Below are positions 11,419 through 21,157 of a stretch of DNA of 64,000 bases, piece after piece. Source of the stretch: Schmidtea polychroa. Its lineage: Eukaryota. The notes under the pieces are model-generated. The model ran no database searches. It was given only the letters and a program-made list of their open reading frames with translations, and was not told where the DNA came from. Position 1 is the stretch's first letter, and every line of letters starts with the position of its first letter. A program made the position numbers and the translations under genes. The stretch covers positions 11,844,001 to 11,908,000 of the forward strand of contig CM097885.1 in assembly GCA_044892525.1 (NCBI GenBank). Direction: 5' to 3'.

Positions 11419-12045
11419 TCAACTTTGTTTATAAACCATGGCACCTTTTGGGTTGAAAATATCTGTTTTTACACGTAAATCATCGGGACATTGTTGTGTG
11501 AAATCAAGAAATATATATCCATGAGGTATTTTTGTAGCATCTTGAAATGCACTGATAAGAAAATTACGATTGTTAGGGTATGCTTGACGTGCAAGAAAAT
11601 CAATCACTGTTGCATCTCTAGGATTCTTGAAAATGACTAAATACTGTACATTTAAATTACGTGTTCGATGTGCCCCACCTTGATGAAATAGATTTTGAGT
11701 TATGAAAATAACTGTTACACCGACATGTCTGCTGATCTTTGTAAATAAATTATTAAAATCTTTTTCTTTATTAGCTTCTTGATACAAATCATCGATAATA
11801 ATGACATCACCTTTCTTTAATCGGCTGGACCAGTTTTTATCGAATCCCTTTACTATTTTCATGTTTTTTAATTTACAGAAACTTGATTGAGTTAATCCAT
11901 GTTCTTCATCAGCACCCCTATGCCAATAAATCCTGTTGAATTTTGATTTGAATAAATTTGATTTTAGTAATTTACAAACAAATAATGTTTTTCCACTACC
12001 ACTCGGACCAACGATTTGGTATACTGCATCATTTCTTAATTCCAT
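11419..12045 (-). CDS. FtsK/A32-like genome packaging ATPase
   Basis: Walker A GPSGSGKT, Walker B IIIDD, plus SRH, ITQNLF and FKNPRD. Confidence 0.93.
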   Translation of the reverse strand: MELRNDAVYQIVGPSGSGKTLFVCKLLKSNLFKSKFNRIYWHRGADEEHGLTQSSFCKLKNMKIVKGFDKNWSSRLKKGDVIIIDDLYQEANKEKDFNNLFTKISRHVGVTVIFITQNLFHQGGAHRTRNLNVQYLVIFKNPRDATVIDFLARQAYPNNRNFLISAFQDATKIPHGYIFLDFTQQCPDDLRVKTDIFNPKGAMVYKQS

Positions 12046-12144
12046 TTCAAAGATTTTATAAATGTGTATTTGTTTATATTCGATGATTTAATGAACTCAT
12101 GCTCAATTTGTATATAAAGACTAATTTTCATAAATGATTTAATA

Positions 12145-12582
12145 ATGTTAGCAAATATAAATTATCGAGGAAATTTTGATGTATCGAATATGAGGTTCCC
12201 ACCAGGGAAACCTCAGCAAATTATCGATAGAAGCGGGAAATATCCGATAATATTTTTCAAGACTGGTAAATGCAGAATCATGGGATGTAAGAAACCTTTG
12301 GATATTAATAAATTACAATATCGAATAAATAATATTAAAATCCAATCAATTACCGTTACTATGGATATGGGACATAGTATCAATCTATATAACATGTCGA
12401 AAAAATGTGATTGTATGTTTGAACCGGAATTGTTTCCGGCACTAAGACTAATAAAATATAACCCTATATGTGTCAACGTGTTTGCTAGTGGAAAGGTTGT
12501 CATGTTGGGGTTGAGAAATTTGGAGTATAGAGAATTTGTTGACAATGTTCGAAATGAGATAATTTCATTGGTCGATTTTTAA
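12145..12582 (+). CDS. TATA-binding protein (TBP)-like protein, 145 aa
   Basis: KIQSI..FEPELFPAL..VFASGKVVMLG resembles the TBP C-terminal repeat (FKIQN..YEPELFPGL..IFVSGKVVLTG). IIFFKTGKCRIMGCK resembles the N-terminal repeat (LIFSSGKMVCTGAK). Confidence 0.8.
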   Translation: MLANINYRGNFDVSNMRFPPGKPQQIIDRSGKYPIIFFKTGKCRIMGCKKPLDINKLQYRINNIKIQSITVTMDMGHSINLYNMSKKCDCMFEPELFPALRLIKYNPICVNVFASGKVVMLGLRNLEYREFVDNVRNEIISLVDF

Positions 12583-12653
12583 TTGGTTAATTTCTAATTG
12601 GTTATTGATTGATTTAAACAAACGGTTTTTTGTTTAGAATTCATTTTTTCACT

Positions 12654-13068
12654 ATGTACAAAATACCAAGCTCTGCAACCCTCATGAAGGATATTGACGA
12701 TTCCGGTAAATTTAAAATTTTTATTTTCACATTATTTACTATTTATTATTTTAGAAAAATATATCAAAGTTATGATCAATAGGATAAAATATTATTATCC
12801 GCAAATCAATGAAATTATCAAGGATAGAGAAGCAGAAATAATTCCGGACCTCATTTTCTACACAACACAAATTAGAATAATGGAAGTATTTCACCAGTTT
12901 CTGTGGGATTTAAAGATAAACAGAACAATCAAACAAATGGAGCCAGAGTACCAGTGCATCATCGGATGCTCATGCTGTGCCGATCGATATCGGCGATATG
13001 TCGAATGGGAGTTAGTGAAAACTCTGCGAAGGTTTCACTACTCCCGGATTGTAGATTTGGGTTATTAA
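12654..13068 (+). CDS. Hypothetical protein with Cys cluster; exons 12654-12705 and 12755-13068
   Basis: ATG plus a 49-nt phase-1 GT-AG intron joins the track ORF in frame; CIIGCSCC motif; AATAAA at the stop. Confidence 0.6.
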
Positions 13069-13492
13069 TAAATGTATTTTTATTGTGTTCTATCTTTTTA
13101 TATTTGAAATAATATTTGGAATAATAATAATAATAGTAATAGAAATAATAATAGTAATAATAATAGAAATAATAATAATAGTAATAATAATAATAATAAT
13201 AATAGTAATAATAATAGAAATAATAATAGTAATAGAAATATGAATAGTAATAATAGTAAAAACATTAATAATGAAACATATTAATAATAAATCTGTACAT
13301 ATATCAAAACATGTAATAATTTAAACATTAATAATAAATCTGTAAATAGAACATGTGACAATGCAACATCAATGCAACATCAATGCATTTTGAATGCAAT
13401 TTAAACAAAGACATGCTGTAATCTGATTGGTTGATAGGCATGAGTCAAAGGTATAAAAACCCTGTAACATTTCAATTTATTCATTATTCACG

Positions 13493-13903
13493 ATGACCAA
13501 GAAAATTTCAAGCACCGAAAAACCAAAAGAAATGGTACAACCAGTTCAAATGTTCCACAACTACAAAATGTATTTTTTGAAAGAAGAAATCAATATGAAA
13601 TTGGTTGCACCAGTCAAGCTAATTCCAACTAAATTCGAATTCTTATCCGGCACGCTTTCAATGATTGATGTCAAAACTATTGATGATGTTTTTAAACGGA
13701 TAGATTCGAATCTATCGTGTAATCAACATGCATGGTTCAACAATAGATATGCAAGATTTTATGATGCTTTTGATGAAATCAGTTTCAAAGAAAATGAAAA
13801 TTGGTATATAACAATAGCAATCCAGGGATATAAAGTTGATAATAATGATGTATATTCTCCTATTTGGAAAATTATGTCTGCTAGACTTTCACAAATATTT
13901 TAA
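13493..13903 (+). CDS. Hypothetical protein, 136 aa
   Basis: ATG ORF with GATTGG (~13424) and TATAAA (~13452) upstream and AATAAA downstream. Confidence 0.65.
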   Translation: MTKKISSTEKPKEMVQPVQMFHNYKMYFLKEEINMKLVAPVKLIPTKFEFLSGTLSMIDVKTIDDVFKRIDSNLSCNQHAWFNNRYARFYDAFDEISFKENENWYITIAIQGYKVDNNDVYSPIWKIMSARLSQIF

Positions 13904-14029
13904 TGTTATATTTAATAAATGTATTAGTCAGATTTGTTTTTCTCTTTATTAATTGCAACATAAATGCAAATGACATGCAAATTTAACAAAGAAAATCTAT
14001 AAACAAAATTATAATATAGTTTTAAAGTG

Positions 14030-14415
14030 ATGAAAATGACTGCAGAAAAAGGTTAACATGATTAATTAATTACCGAATTATTTATTATTTAGAATTTTTA
14101 ATCAACTTTTTGTTGGAAAAGTTAGCAGAAATATCTGGTGTGAAAATGGAGGATATATTATCTATTACAAATGCCTTAAATATCGGCTGGTTAGTTGAGA
14201 GTCAAGATACAGGATTTGATGATGAGGAAGAAACTCAAGAAATTGATGAGGAAGAAACACAAGAGGAAATGTATGAACCTATAGAGGAACCTATAGAGGA
14301 ACCTATAGAGGAACCTAAAGATGAATCTAAAGATAATATTACGAATGATTGTATTGATCATGTCGTTGAAAATATAATGAAATGTGGAGATGACGACTGC
14401 GAATGTGTTAATTAA
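14030..14415 (+). CDS. Acidic hypothetical protein; exons 14030-14051 and 14093-14415
   Basis: A 41-nt phase-1 intron links the ATG to the track ORF in frame; EEPI repeats; AATAAA overlaps the stop. Confidence 0.6.
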
Positions 14416-14483
14416 TAAATCTTAGTGTTTGTAAATTTATTTAAAATTTTATTTAAAAATCAAACAAAATAACTATATAAATT

Positions 14484-14998
14484 TTATTTAAAAAAACGAC
14501 ATAAAACATATAAAATAGCAACACCTGTTGCAAGTTTTAAATAGTTTTTAAATTGGATTTTTTGCTGATCTAATTCTTTTGCATTTCTGGCGAGTCGATT
14601 CAGCACGCCCCATCCGCCATTGGCTTCAATCCATGGCTGAAACTTTGACTTGATTATCTAGAAAATATATATTAATAAAATATAGATTATAAAAGTATTA
14701 CTTCTTGAGACCACTGATAATAGTGCTCGGAATCCAATAGGCTTTTTTCAATTATTATCTTCATATAAGCGAACCCTACTAATATTCGGGTCCACTTCAT
14801 CTCCTCGTCGCATAAGCAATTAAATATTCTATTAAAATAGAATTTCTTTGTTTCGAGGGAATCGGAATTGAGGACGTCCTCATAATCAATGTGATTACCT
14901 TCTATAATCTTTTCGGTCCGATCGACCAGGAAAATTAGGCTTTCCATAATATTCTTGTTGATGAGTTCTCTGCACATATTTTCCATTAAATTAGACAT
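14484..14998 (-). CDS. Bcl-2-family protein, 156 aa; exons 14998-14702 and 14657-14484
   Basis: BH1-like EEMKWTRILVGFAY. After a 44-nt intron come BH2 PWIEANGGWG and a hydrophobic tail anchor LATGVAILYVLCRFFK. Confidence 0.82.
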
Positions 14999-15103
14999 TT
15001 TTACAATATTTTAAAATATGATGTTTTATTTATACTAATACCGGATGATTTTGATTGGTTGATAGACTATAAATGTAAAAGAAAGGTTTTGATTTGATAC
15101 ACC

Positions 15104-15601
15104 ATGAAAACTATATTCATATTGCTAATTATTATAACGAGTGTGTGCTCACACAATACAACAATAACAGTGGAGTCTTTTAATAAATCAATATGTGTTT
15201 GTCCGAATACAGCCAAGTTGATGGATATTTTATATATTCTCGACAAACCAAAATAGTCAAAGCATCCAGGAAAAAGAATATCTCAAAGATTGGAGAATTT
15301 AGAAAACAGTTATGAACTATCATTTGAATATATACAAAATATAAAATTTGAATTGATTGATCATATTAAGGTTTTCAATAACTCTATTGTTGAAAATAAA
15401 ATGAATATGAAAATAATTGATAAGAAGCATGATTATTTGTTAAAAAAGATTGAATTATTATTAAGAGAAATTCAAACAATCAAAGGATCAATAGAATCTC
15501 TGAAGATCAATTCAACGTTACCAATTTCAAACAATATTGCTGCGAATAGTACATCAATATTTAGTTTACCTTTGTTAATTTTACATTATTTTATTGTTTA
15601 A
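15104..15601 (+). pseudogene. Secreted/GPI-type coiled-coil glycoprotein gene with an in-frame TAG at 15254-15256
   Basis: Signal-peptide-like MKTIFILLIIITSVCS; sequons NTT, NKS and NST x2; heptad-like middle; hydrophobic C-terminus. The frame is the same on both sides of the stop. Confidence 0.6.
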
Positions 15602-15726
15602 ATAAATGTATGTTTTGTTGATTTGTTGATTTGTTGAGCGTGACCAGTACCCTTGTGAGCATTACCCATAGGGGGACAAAATATTTTGTCGGATAGACTA
15701 GGAGTATATAGACTCGGAGTATATAG

Positions 15727-15883
<157 letters not shown>

Positions 15884-16044
15884 GTAACAAGATATATAGC
15901 TCATTCGAAAGGTCTTGGATTGAGCTTTAAAATGAGCTATCGATTATTAATTTTCGTTGGCGGGAACTTTGAAAAAATTAAAAATAAAATAATAATATTT
16001 TTAAAAATAATAATAAAAATAATAATATTTTTAAAAATAATAAT

Positions 16045-16810
16045 ATGACCTTGATGAGTCATCGCGATGACTCATATGACCTTGGCAATGACCTTGGATG
16101 AGTCATGCGACCTTGAAAATGACCTTGATGAGTCATAGGATGACTCAGATGACCTTGAAAATGACCTTGAAAATTTTTGATGAGTCATGGTATGAGTCAT
16201 ATGACCTTGAAAAAATTTCGATGAGTCATAGTATGAGTCATATGACCCTGAGAAATTTTTTTTCAAGGTCATATGAGTCATAGTATGAGTCATTTGACCT
16301 TGAGAAAATTTTTTCAAGGTCACATGACTCATACTATGACTCATATGACCTTGAAAATGACCTTGATGAGTCATAGGATGAGTCAGATGACCTTGAAAAA
16401 AATTTTTCAAGGCCATATGAGTCATATTATGACTCATTTGCCCTTGAAAATGACCTTGATGAGTCATAATATGAGTCATGGTCTTTGTTTAAATGACCTT
16501 GAGAATTTTGATGAGTCATACTATGAGTCATACGACCTTGGGAAAAATTTTCAAGGTCATATGAGTCATAGTATGACTCATACGACCTTGAAAATGACCT
16601 TGATGAGTCATGGTCTTTGTTTAAATGACCTTGAAAAATTTTTTTTGACCTTGATGAGTCATATTATGAGTCATACGACCTTGAAAATGACCTTGATGAG
16701 TCATAGGATGAGTCATGGTCTTTGTTTAAATGACCTTGAGAATTTTGATGAGTCATACTATGAGTCATGGTCTTTGTTTCAATGACCTTGATGAGTCATA
16801 TGTCTTTGTT
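16045..16810. repeat. Subterminal repeat array of ATGAGTCAT/ATGACTCAT and TGACCTTG motifs (probable TIR interior of element 1)
   Basis: Dozens of interleaved copies directly inside the terminus. Confidence 0.85.
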
Positions 16811-17139
16811 TAAAAAAAATTTGTACTTTTAGACTTAGCATATTTTTGAAAAATATGATGACGGGGGGGGGGTACTGTGCTAGCGGTGCCCTGTGCCAGC
16901 AGTGCCCAATCCATCTACTGACATTAACTTGCAGGTCACTCTATTTTCCAAGATTTAAGTTATTTTTTCAATATTGCAGGCTAAAACTCGTGTTTACTAC
17001 ATGTCGTTTTTGCCATAAGAAATAAACTCACAAAACCACCATCAAATACCACAGTCAATATGTAAAGAACATTCATCGGCATTGCGTCCAAGTTGCAAAA
17101 CTAAGTGTTGAAGTTATCAAGATCAAGAATAATATATAT

Positions 17140-20100
17140 TAGGGTGGGTCGAAAATTTTTTTTTTCTCCAAACATGCCTAAAAAGTTGTGCTTATGCTAG
17201 AAAATGAAATATCCCTGCAAAAGACTGCTGTTTAAAAGGGTTTACAGGTCCCAACTTTTGTTTGTATGTATTAGTACTATCCCAGTAAAAATGCTCGCAC
17301 ATGTGCCATTGTAAATTCATCCTGCAAGCAGTCACACGCTTGCAGAAAGACCATTTTTGACATGCTCTATTCACAAGTCCAAGCTAACGCGTGCATGTAT
17401 AGAGAGGTTAATTCACGGAAGCACCTTCACACAAGCACTCACAAAGACAATTTCTTCTGAACAATACTAACACACACACTACAGTCAACACATAATCCAC
17501 ATGGATACTACTAGTCAGTCTAAACTCAGATAATTTAATTTGTTTCGATTGGATGTCAAGTGTTTGCTGGACATAATTAAAAAAGTTAACTTGATGATTC
17601 ACTTTTATTTTGCCAGAGCTGAGTACAGAAGAGCAGTTATGAAGGGACAGAGAAATAAGCAATTTCGCAAAACAAGAAGTAAATCACGTCATTGTCTGTT
17701 TGGTCAAACTTGTGAACTACCCAGAAACCAATTACCTACTTGTGAAGATGTGTTTCGTGATTACTGTTACAATGAGAAATGTACGCAATTTCATACTGGC
17801 TTTAACGAACAAGCAACTCTTCTCGCAAATAAGGTGAAGGAAATTTATATGAAGGCAAGTATCCCAACTGTTGAGTTCAGTAGTATTGTGGTTCGTGTCA
17901 AGCGACTAATATCAAAAGTGCGTGAATTAGAGAAGTATCCAGTATGCAAGAGGTCATCTGCCAAATTTCAAGATAAGTTAAGCTCGTTTTCCAAATTGTT
18001 TGACATATGTTGCTGCAAATGTTTTAATGATGGTGCTCGTGGAAGAAGTCAGTGTACATGCCGATTGGCCTTGAAAATTCCTACCTTAGAGTGGGAGTTC
18101 TGGATTGACCAACAAACTACCAGAAACATGAAAATCGGAAATACGGACAGACAGGAAACCTCAAAATTGAAGAGAAAACAAACGAAAAGCAGCCCTACAG
18201 GAAAAGGAAAACAAATGAAAAATGAAATAATGGACACTGAAGTTAACGATCTACATCCGACCTCAAGAAGTGACACGGAGAGTGAAGCCGCTAGTGATGA
18301 AAGTAAAGATAAGTTAGACAATTCAACAGAAAGCTCAGAGTCAAGCGTAGAAGAATGTGATGAATTTCAAAATAGAAGACATTATCCTGAATTAAGTAAA
18401 GCTGTTGACAGATGTGGTGTGAGCAACAGAGACACGTGTTTGCTAGTAAACGCTTTTCTGAAAGATATGGAACTGTTATCCTCTCAAACAATCATCGATC
18501 CCGCAAAATTACGGCGTCAGAGAAAGTACTGGAGGGAGAGAGAAATTGAACAGCATTCAGCAGAAGCGAAAAACTTGATTTGCCTCGATTTCGACGGGAA
18601 ACAAGATTCCACCTTACTTCATAGAAGGATCCTAAAAGAGGAGCATTATGTGATTGTCGCCTTTCCAGGGGATACATATATCGATCATGTTGTACCTCAA
18701 AGTAGTAAAGCTGTGGATATTGGCAAAGAAATCATGTCAATCATCGTTAGCACGCAGTCCTCACTGACCCTTCAAGCAATTGTGTGCGATGGAACCAATA
18801 CAAACACCGGAAAAAATAATGGAATAATCAGAAGACTCGAAAAAAGCCTAGGGCGACCTCTACAATGGCTGATATGCTTGTTGCATGCAAATGAATTGCC
18901 ATTCAGGAAGTATTTTTCAGTCGTCGATGGTGGAGAAACAAAAGGTCCAAAAACGTCATGTGGTGAAATAGGAAGCGTTCTTGATTTTGATCCAAAAGAC
19001 AAGCCCGTAGTAGCCTTTATGTCCCTTCCTGGAAAGGTCGTAGATATTAGTGAAAATGTCAAGAAAGAATTGAACACTGATCAATTGTATTTCCTCAGAG
19101 TATGCTTGGCAGTCCAGAAAGGGTACCACAACAACAAGGATGTCCCTTTTCTACAAATGGCACAACCAGGAAATTTGAATCACAGTCGCTGGCTAACGAA
19201 AGCTAATAGAATTCTGCGACTATATATGTCCGAAACTGCTCCATCTGAACCTCTCATGCGAATAGTGAAATTTATTGTCAATTTCTATGGACCGTCATGG
19301 TTTTATATAAAGATTCACTCGTCATGCCAAGATGGTGCAAGAAATATTTTTTATATGCTCCAACTTCTGCAGGATTTGGATCCATCAGACCAAGAAATCA
19401 TCTTTCCTGTCATTCAGAACAACAATTACTTCTCACATCCAGAAAATATACTCCTAGCTGCTGTTGGTGATGATGATGAAGAAATCAGAAAGTTTGCAAC
19501 AGAAAAAATCATAACTGCAAGACAAAATTTTCTCCCTTCCGAAGTGATTCGCACTATGGACAAGAATACTGTCTTTCTTCAGTCGTCTGCTACATCATAT
19601 GCTGACATGATTGACTGGACAAAATGTAATTTGACGCCTCCCCCTCTTTTATCTCATATATTGGATCATGAATTGAAGATGAATAAGAAAATTACATTAG
19701 AACAATTTCCCTGTCATTCTCAAGCCGTTGAAAGAGCCATCAAAGATGTTTCTTCTGCCAGTTGCAAAGTGTTTGGTCACAAGTCCAGACATGGTATGGT
19801 ACTACTGTGTAAAAAATCAAGGAAGGAATTGCCCAAGGTGCAAAGCAAAGCTGATTTCATGTGACTTCTTTTTATGCCCTCGCTAATACATTTCTAAACT
19901 TTTGGCTGGATGTTTTTAATAAAAAATAATTTCGAAAGTTGATTTTTGTCTTTGAAAAGGATAATTCAAATTTGGCCCTTCCTAATCACTGACGTTGTCA
20001 GGATATATTTCAATGCGGGATGAGGACACAGAATATACTATCTCAGCCCAAGAGAGTAAATAATATACTTATAAGCTCTTAAGAAAGCTACATCTAAATA

Positions 20101-20311
20101 TGGACAAAGGCGCAAAACACATTCCGACACTAGCCAAATTACATTGTTTTCACACTTATGTTGAACTGCATTTTCGGAGAAAAGTTGGGAGCAGTAAATG
20201 TCCATAAATCTAAGTAAAATGGTTTGATTCGATTTTTCTATACCAAAATACAACTTTTTAACCATGTTTCCTTTCTTGAACTCAAAATTTATTAACATTC
20301 GACCCACCCTA
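17140..20311 (+). mobile_element. hAT-superfamily (hATm-like) DNA transposon
   Basis: TIR TAGGGTGGGTCGAA/TTCGACCCACCCTA; ATATATAT on both flanks (8-bp TSD); transposase inside. Confidence 0.85.
17639..19864 (+). CDS. DDE transposase (hATm-like), intact ORF
   Basis: FDGKQD, CDGTNTNTG, CLLHANEL, SRWL and HSQAVER motifs. The start is uncertain (ORF open from 17540). Confidence 0.85.
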   Translation: MKGQRNKQFRKTRSKSRHCLFGQTCELPRNQLPTCEDVFRDYCYNEKCTQFHTGFNEQATLLANKVKEIYMKASIPTVEFSSIVVRVKRLISKVRELEKYPVCKRSSAKFQDKLSSFSKLFDICCCKCFNDGARGRSQCTCRLALKIPTLEWEFWIDQQTTRNMKIGNTDRQETSKLKRKQTKSSPTGKGKQMKNEIMDTEVNDLHPTSRSDTESEAASDESKDKLDNSTESSESSVEECDEFQNRRHYPELSKAVDRCGVSNRDTCLLVNAFLKDMELLSSQTIIDPAKLRRQRKYWREREIEQHSAEAKNLICLDFDGKQDSTLLHRRILKEEHYVIVAFPGDTYIDHVVPQSSKAVDIGKEIMSIIVSTQSSLTLQAIVCDGTNTNTGKNNGIIRRLEKSLGRPLQWLICLLHANELPFRKYFSVVDGGETKGPKTSCGEIGSVLDFDPKDKPVVAFMSLPGKVVDISENVKKELNTDQLYFLRVCLAVQKGYHNNKDVPFLQMAQPGNLNHSRWLTKANRILRLYMSETAPSEPLMRIVKFIVNFYGPSWFYIKIHSSCQDGARNIFYMLQLLQDLDPSDQEIIFPVIQNNNYFSHPENILLAAVGDDDEEIRKFATEKIITARQNFLPSEVIRTMDKNTVFLQSSATSYADMIDWTKCNLTPPPLLSHILDHELKMNKKITLEQFPCHSQAVERAIKDVSSASCKVFGHKSRHGMVLLCKKSRKELPKVQSKADFM

Positions 20312-20814
20312 ATATATATATTTGTTATTTTTGAAGTTTAATCATGTAAAAATTTTATATTTAACTTTTAGAATATTTATAATTTTATTTTTCTTCTTTC
20401 GTTATGTAAATAAAATCTTTAGAGAATTTATTTATTTTATTTAACACTAAAATAAGTCAGAAATAATTATATTACAGTTTCCCATCAATCATCAATGTAA
20501 ATTTTCTTGTTTTTTCTCGTGGTCAATCTCAACTGAAAAAAGAGATTTTTACTTTTGTTTGTTTTTTTTTAAAGAACAATTTTGGTAAAAGTCTTTAAAA
20601 TTCTTTCGACATTAGAATTTGTTTGAATTGAGTAAAGGTAATATTGGTTTGGAGGTGTTTGTTTTAAAATCTTTAATTATTGTATTTTTTGGTTTAAAAA
20701 TAAAAATTTTAAAAGTTCATCTGTTTTAACCATACCAATTTTTTTTAATAAATTGAGTTTTACCATTATTATGTACATGTACATACAATTATATTAAAAA
20801 ATAAATTACAATGA

Positions 20815-21157
20815 GGGTACTTCCGTGTTATCTTACCCCAAAAATTAAATTAAAAAAGAACACATATAATTATTATATTTATTTTCTAAATCACAGTTAC
20901 AAACTCAGCAAATGTTTTTAAAGAGTTTGTAAATGGTCATCCAGGTGGTCAGAAAACCACAATGTCGTTGAGAATAGTGTCGAACACATCGGCACTGTTG
21001 CTTAGAACACGTTTGCGCCACATAAACTCACATAATCACATAATCACATAAATCACAGATAGCCTTAATAAATTCATGTTCAATAATGTTCAATAACGTC
21101 ATCAATAATGTATTTTTATAATTTAATTTTTGGGGGTAAGATAACACGGAAGTACCC
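20815..21157. mobile_element. MITE with ~35-bp TIRs
   Basis: GGGTACTTCCGTGTTATCTTACCCC...GGGGTAAGATAACACGGAAGTACCC; flanks CAATGA/AAATGA form an imperfect TSD. Confidence 0.75.

Noticed and set aside
16072..16785. ORFs of 135-170 aa with MTH/MSH repeats
   Set aside because: They are translations of the subterminal repeat array and are open on both strands.
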